A DNA stretch of 64,000 nucleotides, from the NCBI GenBank assembly GCA_965153285.1, contig OZ229115.1. One strand, 5' to 3'. Numbering within the stretch: the first letter of the stretch is position 1; each line of letters starts with the position of its first letter. The position numbers were made by a program, and so were the translations under genes. The notes under the pieces were generated by a model. That model made no database searches, was not told the origin of the DNA, and was given only the letters and a program-made list of their open reading frames with translations. This document shows, one piece after another, positions 11,801 through 24,575 of the stretch. The stretch is from Podarcis tiliguerta (taxonomy: Eukaryota).

Positions 11801-12893
11801 GGTCTTTGGGAACAGGGGGAGGATGTGCTTCAGGAAAAGCAGCGTATTGGCTGAGCCCGGACTTGGGAGGAGGAAAGTGTGTGTGTTGGGGGGGGGGTTG
11901 TCCTCGTACTCGGGCCTGGTCTCTCAACCCGCAACCCACCCACCCCGGCTTACTAGATGCCCTTTAACTACGAGAGAATGGCCCAGGTTTAGATACAAGG
12001 TGGGGAGACCTCCAGGACAAAACACAATGGCCGCCCCTTTGCCTCGCAGCGCCCAATCTCTTAGGCAGTCCTGGTTTTTTGGTACAAAACTCCTGCTTCG
12101 TTTGGTTTCCCTTGGTCATTGGTAGTGCACACGTGGAGTTGGCAGCAGGGGTTCTCCCCTGAGTCCAGAAGGACTGGGCCTCCAAACTACATTTCCAGCA
12201 ACTGCTTTGTTTTTAAATCGCTTGTCAAATGTGCCAGGCTCTTTGAGGTGCGATTCGTCTCTTTTCAAGATGCCCGGAGTGGTATGTGTAGTCGGGCTTT
12301 ATGCTTCTCTTAAAGCCCTGAGGAGCCCAGGCTGAATAATTTATCTGTAGCCTGACTTTTTCACTAAATTATTCACACACGTCTATTTCAGAATTATCAG
12401 ATAGACAAAGAGTTGTGCTGCTGGTTTATAACTTGGATTGATCGGGATAATGGAAAAAGTTGATATGGATGGGCTCATTGTGTGTAGGTGGGCTGCCCTT
12501 TGGGGTTAACAAATCTCATTAGAACCACAATACTTTTTTGACATGATATGTAGACAAAAATTACTAATCTCAAATGGTCCTGCTGGTGTCACATAAGCTC
12601 TGCGTATATGATAGGTTGGATATGAAATAACATGTGATGTATCCATGGAAGTTTTAGTATCCTGTTTGATGATGGCTCTTACCTGATGTTCCAAGTAAGG
12701 GGTCCTTATCCCAAGAAACCTTTTGAAATCTTAAAAACTGGAGAGTAAGTCGTATACTGTTAAGTGTGGGAATTGGTAGCACTTAACGACTTGGTCTTAG
12801 AGGCTGTTCACACAGCAAAGTTATCCTAGAATAACCCCAGGAAAGAACATTGTCCGAGGGTGACCCTGTGGCCTAAGTTAAGGGACCCAGAAC

Positions 12894-13210
12894 CAGTGGC
12901 GTAGCGTGGGTTGTCAGCACCCGGGGCAAGGCAAGTAATTTGCGCCCCCCCCCCCGCTGCACTGTCCCTCCCCCAGATAGTCCCTCGCTCTCTCTCCGCA
13001 CCGCACCGCACCGCACCGCACGCCTGGCACCCTCCCCTCCACAGTGGGCGGCGACCCGGCGGCTCGGATCGGATTCGCACAGCCAGCACTGCAGTGAGAG
13101 AGAGTGAGTGAGCCAGGTAGGGGCAGAGAGCTGCGAGTTTGAGCGCGCCCCCCCCAGATGTTGCGCCCGGTGTGGCCGGGCCCTCCTGCACCCCCCACGC
13201 TACGCACCTG
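12894..13210. mobile_element. Non-autonomous hAT-type DNA transposon (MITE), young copy
   Basis: TIRs cagtggcgtagcgtggg / cccacgctacgcacctg. Perfect 8-bp TSD cccagaac (12886-12893, 13211-13218). CpG-rich, with internal (ACCGC)n. Confidence 0.9.
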
Positions 13211-14168
13211 CCCAGAACCCTAAGAACATCAGCACTTTTGTTTTTAAAGCGTATTGGTTCCTTCTTTATAGAATATTTTGAATTGCACATTTTACTCCTT
13301 TGGGTTTATATATTTGTTTGAAAACAAATGATCAAAATATATCAGCGATACATATTGTAAGCATTTGTTTTGGTCATAGGGCGCTCACATTACCATTTAA
13401 AATGCAAGAAAATTCAGTCATATCACTACTGGCTGGAAATGTCACTGAAATAACAAATGATGTAACCTGTTAATAGTGGTAACTTCTGCAAATTGCTTGG
13501 GACTGTTGGGGGTTTGAGATTCTTTGGTGGTTTAAAGTTTGGCTAATTATTCTGCTTGTTCAGCCCTTGTTCCTGTAGTCTTAACTCTTGAGGGTTGTTT
13601 TGCAGGTGGCAAAGTGTAACTTAAATGGCTGCCAAATTTAACATAGGAAAGAGAATTCTAGCTTTGGACTTTGTTTGCATTTAAATTTGATATGCCTTCT
13701 CTTTGTCTAAAGAAATTACCTTATAGGTGCAAATACAACCCCTAATAACAACTTGAGCAAAATACTGGTTTAATATGAGCAATTGTTTTATTGACACTCT
13801 TTTTTTAAAGGAAAATGGAGGGTAGAAAGGGTCCCTCATTCTCTCTAATTAATGCAGAGGCTCATTATTATTATTATTTATTATATTTATATACCGCCCT
13901 TAATCTGAAGATCTCAGGGCAGTTCACAAGATAAAAATACAAGATAAAAACGCAAATAAATAGTTACAACAAAACAAAACAATTCCCCCACATAAGTACT
14001 TGGATGTATTTTGTGGGTTAAGATGCAAAATATATGCGTTTGAGCGGGAACTGAAAGAACCTGTCTAAGTGGAGTTTCCAGTGAACTGAATATGATGTGG
14101 AAAGTAGTATTATTTACAGACAAGGGATCTACTTTGTTGGAAGATACTTTAGTATTAGAATGCTTCAG

Positions 14169-14174
<6 letters not shown>

Positions 14175-14205
<31 letters not shown>
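14175..14205. repeat. (TG)n microsatellite
   Basis: Read directly; abuts the SINE TSD. Confidence 0.9.
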
Positions 14206-14208
<3 letters not shown>

Positions 14209-14218
14209 CTACTGTTCA

Positions 14219-14585
14219 TTGGGACGCGGGTGGCGCTGTGGGTAAAACCTCAGTGCCTAAGACTTGCCGATCGCATGGTCAGCGGTTCGAATCCCCGCGG
14301 CGGGGTGAGCTCCCGTCTTTCAGTCCCAGCTCCTGCCCACCTAGCAGTTCGAAAGCACCCCTAAGTGCAAGTAGATAAATAGGTACTGCTTTAAAAGCGG
14401 GAAGGTAAACGGTGTTTCCGTGTGCTGCGCTGGTGCTGGCTCGCCAGAGCAGCTTCGTCACGCTGGCCACATGACCCGGAAGTGTCTCTGGACAGCGCTG
14501 GCCCCTTGCCTCTTAAGTGAGATGGGCGCACAACCCTAGAGTCGGACACAACTGGCTCGTACGGGCAGGGGTACCTTTACCTTTT
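14219..14585 (+). mobile_element. Sauria SINE (POM/Squam1-type), full length
   Basis: Head gggacgcgggtggcgctgtgg (A box) and ggttcgaatccc (B box). 3' tail acctttaccttt. 14-bp TSD tatgctactgttca (14205-14218, 14586-14599). Confidence 0.93.
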
Positions 14586-17126
14586 TATGCTACTGTTCAC
14601 ATAAAATTTCATAGCAGTGTACAAAGTTAAAATAACATCAACTGTAGTCAAACAGTGAATGGGAAATACAAATTTCTGTTAAACGGTATTGGATAAAATG
14701 TAACAGGTATGTAATGTAGAGCGTAATATTTAATACAGTATTTAAATATGTTGAATCTATAAACTGGAGATTGTTGAAAATTACCGTTCACTGGTAAATA
14801 ATTGTGAGTGGGTAGGAACTTGGAGAAATGCAACTGTGTGGCTACAAATGCTAAAAGAATGTACCAACACAATTATCTTTCTGAGTTGTAGCCTTAGCTC
14901 TTAAACAAAAGAATTGTAACTTATTACACAGCAAAATATTTTGGAATAACAAATCACTGTGAATTGCAGCCTTTGGTCTTCTACATAAAATATGGTACTT
15001 TATCTAGCAGTTATCTTCTTACTGAGCAAGTTTTTGTTTTTCATAATCTAATTGAAAAAAGTATTGGGCTGCAATCTATACACACATGGTATAAGACTTA
15101 CTGAATTTCATGGGATTTACTTCTGAGTAGTGGTGTTGTACTGTTAATTGTGCTTTTTTCATAGTACACCAATTAACTGGGCATCAGAGTACTTTTTGTT
15201 GGTGCTTCTCCCTCAGCCTGGTCTCTGTTTTCCATTTATTTGTTGTGAAATATTCCACCACTCATACATCCCCTAATATTTTAAGTTTTAAATTTTTGCA
15301 ACAGAATGTTTTTTCATTTCTATGAATTAATCCAACTCCTGACTTCTTTCTGGTTCTGTTATGATGGGTGTAACTCTTCTATATTGTAAACATTTTGTTG
15401 TAAACCATCATGGGAGATGTTTGCCTAAAGGGTGGTATACAAATATACTAAATAAATTTATTTTAAATGCCCTTGTTGCTATTCTGTATCTCTGCTGCTG
15501 TATAGGAGAGGTTTTTTAAAGTTCAAAAGGTGAGACTCTTATGACATATTATGCAAGCAGCTGAACTGAGAAAGAGTAAAACTGCTAGGATCCTTGTTTT
15601 GGCTTGGCAGATGCACACATCTTTTTGCAAATATTATGTATTACACTGTGTAATTTGTCCATATATGTTACATATTCTTCACAATGTGTCCCATTGTGGA
15701 CTGGGCTACAACAAAAAATATGATAAGATCTAAACAAAAAAGCATAAAACACCAATTCACAGTAAAAAAAAAGTAGAGTATCAGTTACAAAAGAGAAAAC
15801 AGATTCAGCCATCCCCAAAAGTTCAGGTAAAAAGGTGCTCCTTGGCATGGTGCTGAAATGTGTGCAAAATAGGTGCCAGGCACACATTGGGAGAGGGAGT
15901 TCCAGACCTTGGAGGCCACTAGAAAGAGGTCTCTTCCATGTGCTGCCATGCCTTGAGTCTTCTAGGGCAACAGAAATGCTAACAAGGCCTCCCACAGTGA
16001 AAACACCTCTTAGTTTGGTCTGTTTGGGACAAGTTGATCTTTCATGTATGTTGGATCAATACCATTTAGGACTTTATATATCAAAGAAAAGACCTTCTTC
16101 AATGTATAGCCCACCTTTGTGGTGGTCTCACCTGAGGCAGTTTACAGTATGACAAAACCGTATACCAAAACAAGGTAAAATTTAGTCAAGGAATAAACTA
16201 ACAATAATACTAATAGGAGAACAAAAAGCCAACTGGCGAAAAGATGGCTTTAAAAGTGATTGATGCCGCTCCTTATGTTGTCTCTGTGGTCTGTTGGAAA
16301 TTCCAAATCACTTTTTGCAACCAACTTTCTACCTTCTGTTCTTCTCTCTTGAGTCTGAAGGAGAACTTGCTTGTAAAATATGTGCCACCTGTATAGGTCA
16401 CTCACAGATCTAGTTTGCATTCTTTAATACAACATCTAAAGTGGTGCTGGTAGGGCCACTTCAGATATTAAAGTTTTCCTATAGGGAAAGCATTAATGTT
16501 CATACTGCTCATTTGGGGGTGATTCCACATCTCCATACATATAGTGTAGCTGTAATTGGCCACACTTGCATGTTTAGAAAAAGTTGGTGTAGCATGTTTC
16601 AGTCTACCCGTTGAGTGCTTGGATTTTTGTGTACAGTACTAATTTGTGTAGAAAAACCTGTCTGAAGCAGATTGCAATAATTCCCTACTGTTATCCTAGA
16701 ACAAAGAAATTTTAGACACATAGTGGGATTACTTATCGTCTTTTTTATTTTCTCTAACCTTTTGCAGTCTTTGGCAAATCCTGGTTGCTGCTTTGCATAG
16801 CTAAAGGATCTGTCCCTTTCACTTTTTGCATCTTCGACCAAACATTTGTTCACCCACATCTTATATTACAGCAGTTCCATCTTGCTACTATTGCTGCAGA
16901 CTTGCTTTGTGGTCTCTAAAAACAAATGTGACATGCACTGACTTCTTGTCTTTTGCTACACCAGGTTCTGGTCCTTAGAGCTAAGGCTGTTCAGTTCCCA
17001 ACCCCCACATTCTCATGTTCTGCACACTTACCTGTTATCAGTTTTCTTTCTTTCCTTTTCTTACTTTCTATGTGTCTGGTCAAATTTCTCCTATGATGTA
17101 GGTTGTCTACCTGTGCCCTACGTGGT

Positions 17127-17324
17127 CAGTGCAGGATTACCAAATGGGCAGAGTAGGCACCAGATTATGGGCCTTTCCTTTTAGGGGCCCCATGACAATG
17201 GATCAAAATAAAATTGATTTGATCTTGAGAGAAAATTACAAAAACGTATTGGAGATAACGTGTGAGCCCACCTCCCCCCGATTTTGAGTGCCTAGGGGCC
17301 TCCACAGGGTTTAATCCAGCACTG
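17127..17324. mobile_element. hAT-type MITE
   Basis: TIRs cagtgcaggatta / taatccagcactg. Degenerate 8-bp TSD tacgtggt / taaatggt. Confidence 0.7.
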
Positions 17325-17573
17325 TAAATGGTTTTTGACCTGGATACTTTTAAAGTCTCCTCCTGAACAAATCCTGAATATTTTTATTTGTTGTATCCTT
17401 AAAATGAGCATCTAGTTAAGTAAATTAGCCTGAAGTTTAATGTACTTGTCTGGCACTGTGACATGTGTTACAATGGATGTCTAAGATTTAGCAAGTATCA
17501 ACAATGGTAGACAAACATTGTGCATGTCAAAACTTGAGACAAACATCACTGAATATCAACACTTAAGATACAT

Positions 17574-17932
17574 TAAAGGTAAAGGGTAAAGGGACCCCTG
17601 ACCATTAGGTCCAGTCGTGACAGACTCTGAGGTTGCGGCGCTCATCTCGCTTTATTGGCCAAGGGAGCCGGTGTACAGCTTCCAGGTCATGTGGCCAGCA
17701 TGACTAAGCCGCTTCTGGCGAACCAGAGCAGCACACGGAAACGCCGTTTACCTTCCCACCAGAGCGGTACCTATTTATCGACTTGCACTTTGACGTGCTT
17801 TCGAACTGCTAGGTGGGCAGGAGCTGAGACAGAGCAACGGGAGCTCACCCCGTCACAGGGATTTGAACCGCCGACCTTCTGATCAGCAAGTCCTAGGCTC
17901 TGTGGTTTAACCCACAGCGCCACCTGTGTCCC
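17574..17932 (-). mobile_element. Sauria SINE, full length, antisense
   Basis: The plus strand shows the tail complement taaaggtaaagggtaaag and the head complement cacagcgccacctgtgtccc. The body is homologous to 14219-14585. Confidence 0.92.
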
Positions 17933-17934
17933 TT

Positions 17935-17973
17935 CATTAATGTACATACATTAATGTACATACATTAATGTAC
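17935..17973. repeat. 14-bp tandem repeat (cattaatgtacata) x~2.8
   Basis: Read directly; adjacent to the SINE head. Confidence 0.85.
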
Positions 17974-19402
17974 TCCAAAAAATTGGGCAAAACAACTATT
18001 TTCAGACTTAGCAGGGATTCACATGTTAAAGTCAACATGCATTAGATTTTGGCTATTAGTTTAATTAATTAAAAATTACTTTAAACCTTTTTAATTATTT
18101 AAAATGCAACCCCCATACATAGACACATAGAATCATAGAATTAGAGAGTTGGATGGGACTCTGAGAGTCATTTAGTACACGCCATCTGACATCCAATTTG
18201 AAATCATCCTTAACCTTGCTGAGCTTTGAAAATTTGCTAGCAGTTTTACTGTTGCACCACTGGAGAAGTGTGATCAAGCAGTCCTGACTAACAGTGCTGG
18301 GTGCCTCAGTTATATTACTGGGTCATTCCATATCAAGTGATCAAATTTTTAATGATTTTTTTTACTTCATGTCATCCAATTTTCTTAAACTTTTGTGCAC
18401 TTATTGAACAATCAAAACTAAGTTTAAATCCAACATTTTATTTTTTTATCTCCTCCCATTTTTGAGTTATGAGGGTGATGTCATGTGCTGTTGTTCATTT
18501 GAGGTTGAATTTGCCCAATTTTAAGATTTGGTAAGGAATAGTTATTATTATTATGTCTTGATATGTAAAACCACAGAATTCAAAGAGGGTGTGCTTTCTT
18601 TTCCTGTGACTGTATATCTGAGTTTCTAACACTGACAAGAATAGTGTTACAGTTTCAATGCCCATTACTGTTTTCTCAGTCTAATGAAACAATGTTTCAT
18701 ATTTACAAAGCAGAAAAGTAAAAATAAATAAATCAGATGCAGTTATAACATTACTGTATTGCCAATTTTAGCTGAACCTCAAGACAGTATTCTCAACCTA
18801 CATCTACCTGTTTTGGCAGGTAACACAGCTATATAGACAGGTTTTTAAGGATCTGCCAGTTCTAGTTAACTATAAGCATGAAAGCATTCTATGTTGGTCC
18901 CAGCCCATGGTGTGAAGGCACAGGTTGTAGCAGTTTTGTGGAAGCTAAGCAGATCTAGATCTGGTAAGCATTTGGAAGGGAGTCTGTCTAGAAATTCTAT
19001 GCATGTTGCTTAGAGTTACATCATTTGTGTTCCTTATGTCTTGATGGCTACATGCCAGGTGCCGGGAACATTTGACTCTCCATACGTTGCTGAATGAAAG
19101 TCACACCACCCCTGGTAATTGGCCATGTTTTCTGAGGCTGATGGGAGTTGAAGTTCAGCAATATCTGGAGGACCAGATATATACTGTCTCTGAATGCCCG
19201 TTAGAGTTAGGGAGTGATAGTAGGAGAAAGCTGCTCTGTTTGTTTCCTGTTTGTAGTTGCCAACTTAACATGTATGGGACATATTGGATTGTTTTACTAT
19301 CATGGAAGAAAGAGTCTTAGGGCATAGTTGGGAATTAATAAAGAGACAGAATGGTTAGAGGTCATTCTCTGTCACAGAGGTCCAAAGTACCCTAATAGGT
19401 TT

Positions 19403-19403
<1 letters not shown>

Positions 19404-19455
<52 letters not shown>
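19404..19455. repeat. Compound (TG)n(AG)n microsatellite
   Basis: Read directly. Confidence 0.9.
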
Positions 19456-19460
<5 letters not shown>

Positions 19461-20276
19461 TATGTTAGCTTGGAGTTCTTTTGAAATGAAATCATATTGG
19501 ACCCCCTTAGCAGATTGACATTATCAAAATAAATGGTGGAGGTTGCCTGAACCTATGAGGTGCTATGTATTTCAGCTTAGGATCTCATAGGACCAGACCC
19601 AATGGTTCTGACAGTGGCCCAAGTCCATCTGTAGTGGCTTTGAGCTGGGCACAATGCCAGTCTGACCACACCACCACTTTAATACAAAGGCACAGAATGC
19701 AAGAAGTTCTATATGTTTGTCAGGCCTTTCTAATAAAGGAAAGTTGGTAAGCTGAACTGGGCTTTCCTGATAATAAATAGGAGGAGAATAGAGGAGGAGA
19801 ATAATGTTTCTTGGATAAGGGGTAGTTAGACATCTGTTGTGGACCATTTAGATTGAACTGTACACCTATGGGAAAACTTGGGCACCCCTTTTATTTTATT
19901 TTTGTAGTTGGCAGAAGTATTATAGTCTGATATGCTTATGGCACTAATGACCTTATATAAAATTATGTCAAGCTGCTTGTGTGTTCGTCTGGCCTTATAT
20001 GGATCCAAAAAAGGGCAAACATATTAGATTACACTTCACGTGTAATTGGGACATTTTATTCAGTTTCTGGACAAATAGCTTGTAAAGGATAGATGCCATA
20101 GCTCAGCAATACATAGGATGCATTGCATGCGTAATATTCCAGATTCGGCCTCTTTCATCTCAGATAGCAGGACTTGGAGAGCTGCTGCCTGTCTGAGGGT
20201 TGGATTGATCAAGTAGTCTGACTGTGCAAGTTACTTTCATAAGCAACATTATACATGTGTGTGTTTTTCTTCTTAG

Positions 20277-20386
20277 GGTTAAACTCAAAGTGTGCTGACA
20301 CGATCATCTAAAATGCTTGTTAGGTTGAGATTAATGAATGCCATTTTAAACAACATATAATGAAGAGCCTCTGAAAGTTCATCTTG
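20277..20386 (+). other. NCOA6: Predicted NCOA6 non-coding exon 2
   Basis: Strong acceptor gtttttcttcttag| and donor ttg|gtaagt, 110 nt apart. Lies between the CpG island and the first coding exon. Mammalian NCOA6 starts translation in exon 3 (recalled). Confidence 0.65.
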
Positions 20387-23264
20387 GTAAGTAAAAAGGG
20401 TTTCTTTTGGTTTCATGTATTGCTAATCATATGTACTTTTCTTTATGCCTTACTTTATGTTCCATAGTTTTGGTGACCCTGTTGGTCTAGCTGTTGGAGT
20501 TGGAAATTTTATTATAAGAGGTGTTGAAGTACCCCATCACAAATTCAGAGACATTCTCTTTAGTATGGAGAAAGTCTAGGGTCTGCTGGTTGGTATGGCT
20601 AGTGAGCATATTAGTTGTGGTAAAGCTTACAGTCATGCCTTTGTTACTTCTTGAACATGTGAGAGGGTTTGTTTGAAAATTCCTATAGCTATATGCCAAA
20701 CTGACAGGTGTGTTTTAGGCAAGTACTTTTTAGAAACTATAGGGAAAGCCACTAGAAGAGAATTTGTAGTGTGGAAATTATGGATAGGGAAATCTTGTTC
20801 CTCTACTCTAAAACTAAAATGGTTTTACTTTCTTTAAACAAATTATATATATTGGAGTTTCATGAGTAGATAGCACATGAACATAGGGTGGGATTCAAAA
20901 AGGTTGTTGAGCTTTTTTGGGAGGGCAAAGTTGTTGAGCTATTTCTGAGGAAAATCGGAAAAAAACAACTCTGCCAATTTCCGCACGGACATTGCAATAT
21001 TCCAGATATGTGAACCCTAGGTTTTGCAAACATCTTGTCTGTGCAAGCATTGCCAGATGGAACAATCCCCCCTCTTCTCCCCTGTGCACTGTTCTGGGGG
21101 CTCACCGGCTCTAGCCAAGCTTGGGGGGCATGTGACAGAGAGGAGAGGGGGAAAGCCCCATTGTGCAAACAGGCATGAATCCACCCCCATGGATTCAAAT
21201 CAAAGTTTCACAGGTCTAAATTCAATGCTTTCCACAATTCTCTTGTTTGTTTACCAGTAGCTAGAGTGTGATAGCATACAACAAACAGCTGAAAGGAGAT
21301 ATAGTTTGCTAATGTATTTTCTTTTCTTTTTTTAAGAAATAGAGGCTTGTGGAGAGTTAATTATTCTTCCCCTCTTCTTGAAAAAATTATTTTAGGTTTA
21401 TTGTTATCTAGGAAGGGCAACAGGACCTCACCCAGAATCTAATCCAGATCAGCACCATGTTGTATGATTTTGTGGATAACGTGATCGTCATTCAACTTAA
21501 GATAATTGTGGAGTTATGACTAACAGGTATCCAACCTCTTAGAAAAACAAGTATTAGAATGTTAGCAAGCCATTGATGTCTGTAGTGTGAGCTTTTGCTA
21601 TGCAGATATAGCTGAGAATAATGCAGATAACCTATGTACAAATAAAATTATTCACTAATGAAATGGTTTCAGTATTTCAGAAATTATCAAATGCCAGTTG
21701 CAGATTGTCAAATGTTCAGAATTTAATAGATATGTAGATATCCAATCATATTAATTTGCAAATAAGTCTCATTTAGCTAAGTGTAACCTACTGCCATGTA
21801 TGTTTGTATAGGATAAAACCTTATAAAATAATTATAATATTTAATAAAGAAACAATTAAGCATATATGCCCTGCTGAACTCAGTGGAACTAACTTGTGAA
21901 TAGTCATGCATAGGCTCATGTTCTAAGTGAGCTTTAAAGTCATCAGCATAAAGGAGGAAAAACTCAACCGTAATGTTGTGTGTTAAGTATGTGGGAGTGG
22001 CCTCAGATATTTAAAATTCCTATGCTGCATAAATACTTGTATATCAATTTCATATATAATTTGCCAAGTCTTATCTTGGTATGGGTGGAGAGACTACTTT
22101 ATTATCAGAAAATGATTTTGGTTAGCTTTATTTATTTATTTGTTTATTTAATAGATTTCTAGAACCCCTTCTGTAAACTTCTGCCTCTGCAAACTCTCCC
22201 TGGATTAGGGAAATAAAACATGACATGCTGACTTCCTCAGCGTAGATCAAACAAACAAACAAACATTTATTTATTTGATTTTTTAACATTCTAAAATTAT
22301 TTGTTACTATGTTTCTTAATAACTAAGTTAACATTAAGCAATACAGATGTAAGTATGTTAGCCCTATGGTTAATTGCTAAACGGAAAAATGCCTCTACCA
22401 TATACGCAAATTTAATGGAGACTTTCCTGTGTAAATGAAGAACTTTTAAAAAATCACTCCTCGCATTTTACACTCTACCTATCAGATATAGGGATGTATC
22501 CAACTAAATCAATGAATGGATATCCTTTTTTAAAAAAGATGGTTTTACTTTTTATCGTTGATAAAAAATATTTGAAGGATTATGTTGACTTTTGGTGAAA
22601 CACTTAGGGACTAATATAATGATGTCCATGCTTGATTTGGTTCAGAGCAAAAAAAAACCCCACCCCTTAATTAATTTTAACTGGATACATCTGCAGATTT
22701 GTCACAGCTGAAGTTTTCAGAGGACTGGACTCCCACTGTCTGCAAAAGCAGACCAGCAACCTGAATGCCCCTATGGCTCAATTTTTCTGGGTCAGCTTAA
22801 ATTGTCATGCAGCTTCTGATACAGGATCTCCAGGTAAGCTATTTTTTTATTAGCAATATATATTAATACATGATAAATGAAAACATTAGTTTTTTTGGAT
22901 TTACTTTATATCTGCTAAGGCCTTTCTAGATAGGTGCCTTTTCTGGGGAGGAAAACCTGTTCCTTTAGTACTATATTAGTAAATGCACAGCGTCTGAAGA
23001 AAGTAGAAAAGCTTTGGTATGTATGTCAGCTATGTCATGGGTACCATCCAGTAGATGTTCATGTCACTGCTTTCCCTAATAGTTGTATTATTGTATAATA
23101 ATTGTACTGTAGTTGCTCAGTATTGTATAGCTGTATAGTAGTTTTTATTGTGGTGAAGGTAGAGGTTTCATTTGGCAGCTCCATTGCTGGGGAGCAGTGA
23201 TTCACAGCAGCTATAGGAGCGCCAGACGATGTGCCAGTGACTACTGGCTAAAGCTGTGTCAGAG

Positions 23265-23556
23265 CTGTAGAACTCCCTGCCTATTGACATTAGGCAAGCA
23301 CCTTTGCTGTACTCTTTTTGGTGCCTATTTAAAACATTTCTGTTTAGACAAGCCTATCCTTACATGTAGAAGTTATGTGTATTTTATCTTTCTTTTTTTA
23401 AGCAAGTTTGATTTTAATTAAACCGTTGAAAGATTTTATATACTCAGTTGTAACTGTTTTTAATGGATATTTTTTAATGTTTTACTTCATATTTTTGTAA
23501 ACCACTCAGAGGAGTTGTTTGTTTTTGTTTTTACAATCAAGCAGTATATAAATGCC
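23265..23556 (+). mobile_element. Degenerate L2-type LINE 3' end
   Basis: ctgtagaactccctgcct...ttaaaacatttctgtttagacaagcct...tgtaaaccactcagag...gcagtatataaat resembles the end of ORF2 and 3' UTR of squamate L2 elements (recalled). Confidence 0.5.
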
Positions 23557-23620
23557 AAATACACTTCATTTATTTATATATATATTTAGTTCATTTGTTA
23601 GTTATTGCATTTTCATTTTA

Positions 23621-23812
23621 CCTTAATCTCCAAGGAGCTCAAGGTAGCATACATGATTCTCTCCTTCCTCTTTTAATCCCCACAACAGCCCTGTGACGTA
23701 GGGTGGGCTGAGAGGCAGTGAGTGGCCCAAGATCACCCAGTGAACTTTATGACTGAGTGCTGATTGAACCCTGGTCTTCCAGGTACTAGACCAAAACTAC
23801 ACTCTTAACTGG
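23621..23812 (-). mobile_element. MIR-derived squamate SINE (Squam3-like)
   Basis: ccaaggagctcaaggtagcatacatg...aatccccacaacagccctgtgacgtagg...gaaccctggtct; homologous to 9756-9887. Confidence 0.7.
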
Positions 23813-24340
23813 ATAAATAGATCACTTTATCATGCATTCCATAATTATTTTCTAAAAGAAAAATGGGGAGTGACTTTGCTAAAAGAACCCTTGTGGTTTC
23901 ATAAGAAGACAAATCCTGTGCCACTTCCCCCCACAGTATGCTTTCCCACCACCATTAAAAAATGCTAAATAATTTCCTTTCCTTGGGGGGGCAGAGTAAT
24001 GAAATGGGTTTTGAGAAAGTCATTGGGACTCTCTCACAGACTCCTTTGGGAGAGTTTTAAGGTGGTGATTTTGATTATTCTTATTTTAGGGGGTGGGGGG
24101 TTCATTTCAGCCTCAGTTTGCATGTAAGCAGCTTATGAACATAATACATTTTGAGATCTAAACAAGGTAAGAACAAAATAGAAATAGTATTAACAATAAG
24201 CTGTGCTTGTATAGATGTAAAATTGTGCATGTATTTATAAACAATATATTTTAAATATATAAATAATATATTTTAAATGTATTTTCTTTTATAGGTTTGT
24301 CTTAATACCTGATTAGCTTCCTTCAGCAAATTACATAGTC

Positions 24341-24575
24341 ATGGTTTGGGGTGATATGCCTAAATTAAAAGATAACCACACTTCATCGTATTCTTCAACC
24401 ATGGAAGACCTGGATGTGGATCTTGACTCTGGACTGGAGGAAGATGACATTAAACATGAGAGCCCTTGTGAAGATTCCACAATCTTTGTAGCTTTTAAAG
24501 GCAATCTTGATGATGATGACTTCAAACAGAAATTGGACATCATTTTGAACAATGTTCCTGGCCTTTTACACCTGG
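24341..24575 (+). CDS. NCOA6: NCOA6 exon 3, first coding exon (exon begins at 24295)
   Basis: Acceptor tttttatag| at 24294. Kozak gtcATGG. Reads [11 protein letters not shown]...[33 protein letters not shown]. Donor |gtattt. Confidence 0.95.

Noticed and set aside
10348-12313. Several long ORFs on both strands (163, 174, 149 and 219 aa)
   Set aside because: They lie in the GC-rich CpG island and an adjacent MITE/microsatellite where stops are rare. The peptides are low-complexity, with no family resemblance.
14221-14300. tRNA genes suggested by A/B boxes (also at 26350 and 52030)
   Set aside because: They are tRNA-derived SINE heads that continue into SINE bodies; no complete cloverleaf.
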